Assembly: GCA_903923205.1 (NCBI GenBank)
Contig: CAIXXC010000413.1
Span: 6,524-70,523, forward strand
Direction of reading: 5' to 3'
DNA: 64,000 bases
Source: an uncultured Rhodospirillales bacterium
GTDB taxonomy: Bacteria; Pseudomonadota; Alphaproteobacteria; ATCC43930; CGMCC-115725
In this document: one piece after another, positions 63,598 to 64,000 of the stretch
Numbering within the stretch: position 1 is the first letter of the stretch
Layout: each line of letters begins with the position of its first letter
Program-made: the position numbers and the translations under genes
Notes under the pieces: model-generated
What the model saw: only the letters and a program-made list of their open reading frames with translations
Databases searched by the model: none
What the model was told of the DNA's origin: nothing

Positions 63598-64000
63598 ATG
63601 ACGACGATCGCAGACCGCTTGCGCATGGTAAGAGCGCATTTGAAGGAAACACAAAAAGGCCTGTCTCGTCGGCTCGGCATCGGCGTCATGACTTGGCAGT
63701 CCTATGAAATCACCGGCCGAATTCCGAAGCAGGCGACGCTTGAGAAGCTCGCCGAGATGGGCTTCTCTGTCGCCTGGATCGTGACCGGCGAAGGCGACAT
63801 GCTGGCGAGCGCGAACCCGCTTCCCGCCGAGCGGGGCCTCGTCGCCGATTGGGCGGCCACCGTATTTGATCTTCCGGCGCGGTCGCGCCCCGCCGTGGAT
63901 GAGGCTGGCAGCTCGATGTTCGAGCGACAAAAAGAAATGCAAATCAAGGTCAGCGAGGTCTGCGAGTCGCTCTCATTGAACCTCGCGCCGGAAAATATCG
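63598..64000 (+). CDS. Phage CI-type / XRE-family HTH repressor, 3'-truncated by the window edge (absent from the supplied ORF track)
   Basis: Hand translation from the ATG at 63598 stays open to 64000: MTTIADRLRMVRAHLKETQKGLSRRLGIGVMTWQSYEITGRIPKQATLEKLAEMGFSVAWIVTGEGDML... This shows the typical HTH_3/Phage_CI_repr pattern, including W(I/L)xTGEG. Confidence 0.75.
   Translation, partial: MTTIADRLRMVRAHLKETQKGLSRRLGIGVMTWQSYEITGRIPKQATLEKLAEMGFSVAWIVTGEGDMLASANPLPAERGLVADWAATVFDLPARSRPAVDEAGSSMFERQKEMQIKVSEVCESLSLNLAPENI

Noticed and set aside
63403-63942. 179-aa minus-strand track ORF (and 63702-63947) at the right end.
   Set aside because: It is antisense to a plus-strand frame that encodes an unmistakable CI/XRE helix-turn-helix repressor starting at 63598. 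The minus-strand translation has no motifs and a skewed Arg/Gly composition.
1-64000. Scan for tRNA, rRNA, CRISPR repeats, IS elements and integrases.
   Set aside because: I found no regularly spaced direct repeats, no tRNA T-arm/acceptor structures outside coding context (the GGTTCGAA at about 23943 lies inside addB), and no transposase or integrase motifs by eye.

Overview
High-GC chromosomal window, most likely from an alphaproteobacterium. The tsaE-amgK-murU-addB-addA and metXW / chorismate mutase-hisC-tyrC arrangements are typical of that class. I saw no rRNA, tRNA, CRISPR array, transposase or integrase.

Content from left to right:
- A truncated EAL gene.
- A LysR-controlled, translationally coupled 12-gene ABC-import and catabolic operon (creatininase family, two ureohydrolases, a Rieske oxygenase, SDRs, an aldolase).
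- nirBD followed by a frameshifted cysG.
- An AAA+ ATPase with an N-terminal MshEN-type (c-di-GMP receptor) domain.
- ETF-QO.
- tsaE-amgK-murU-addBA.
- A Tat-exported amidase.
- A cassette of a redoxin-like/2OG-Fe(II) oxygenase fusion plus a sulfotransferase.
- GST, metXW and aromatic amino acid/histidine genes.
- A PAS-GGDEF(degenerate)-EAL protein.
- lepA, an MscS-family channel, azoR/hxlR and recX.
- A roughly 13 kb catabolic patch: intradiol dioxygenase-P450, thiolase-like, AhpD-like, methyltransferase, DUF1329, Baeyer-Villiger monooxygenase, secondary-alcohol-type Zn-ADH and rhodanese.
- A TetR-controlled operon (part of that patch) encoding a COG3687-type metalloprotein and a small 4-TM protein that looks like a styrene-oxide-isomerase (StyC) homologue.
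- From about 60.75 kb to the end, a visibly more AT-rich accessory patch of small unknown genes: a HicB-like protein, a response regulator coupled to a 190-aa unknown, and an unlisted 28-aa hydrophobic peptide. It is bounded by a CI-type HTH repressor gene that is absent from the supplied ORF track and runs off the window.

The most interesting candidates are the TetR / COG3687 / StyC-like operon, the AT-rich accessory patch, the MshEN-AAA+ protein, the oxygenase-sulfotransferase cassette, the guanidino-type operon and the cysG frameshift. All functional calls rest on motif recognition by eye; no database search was possible.
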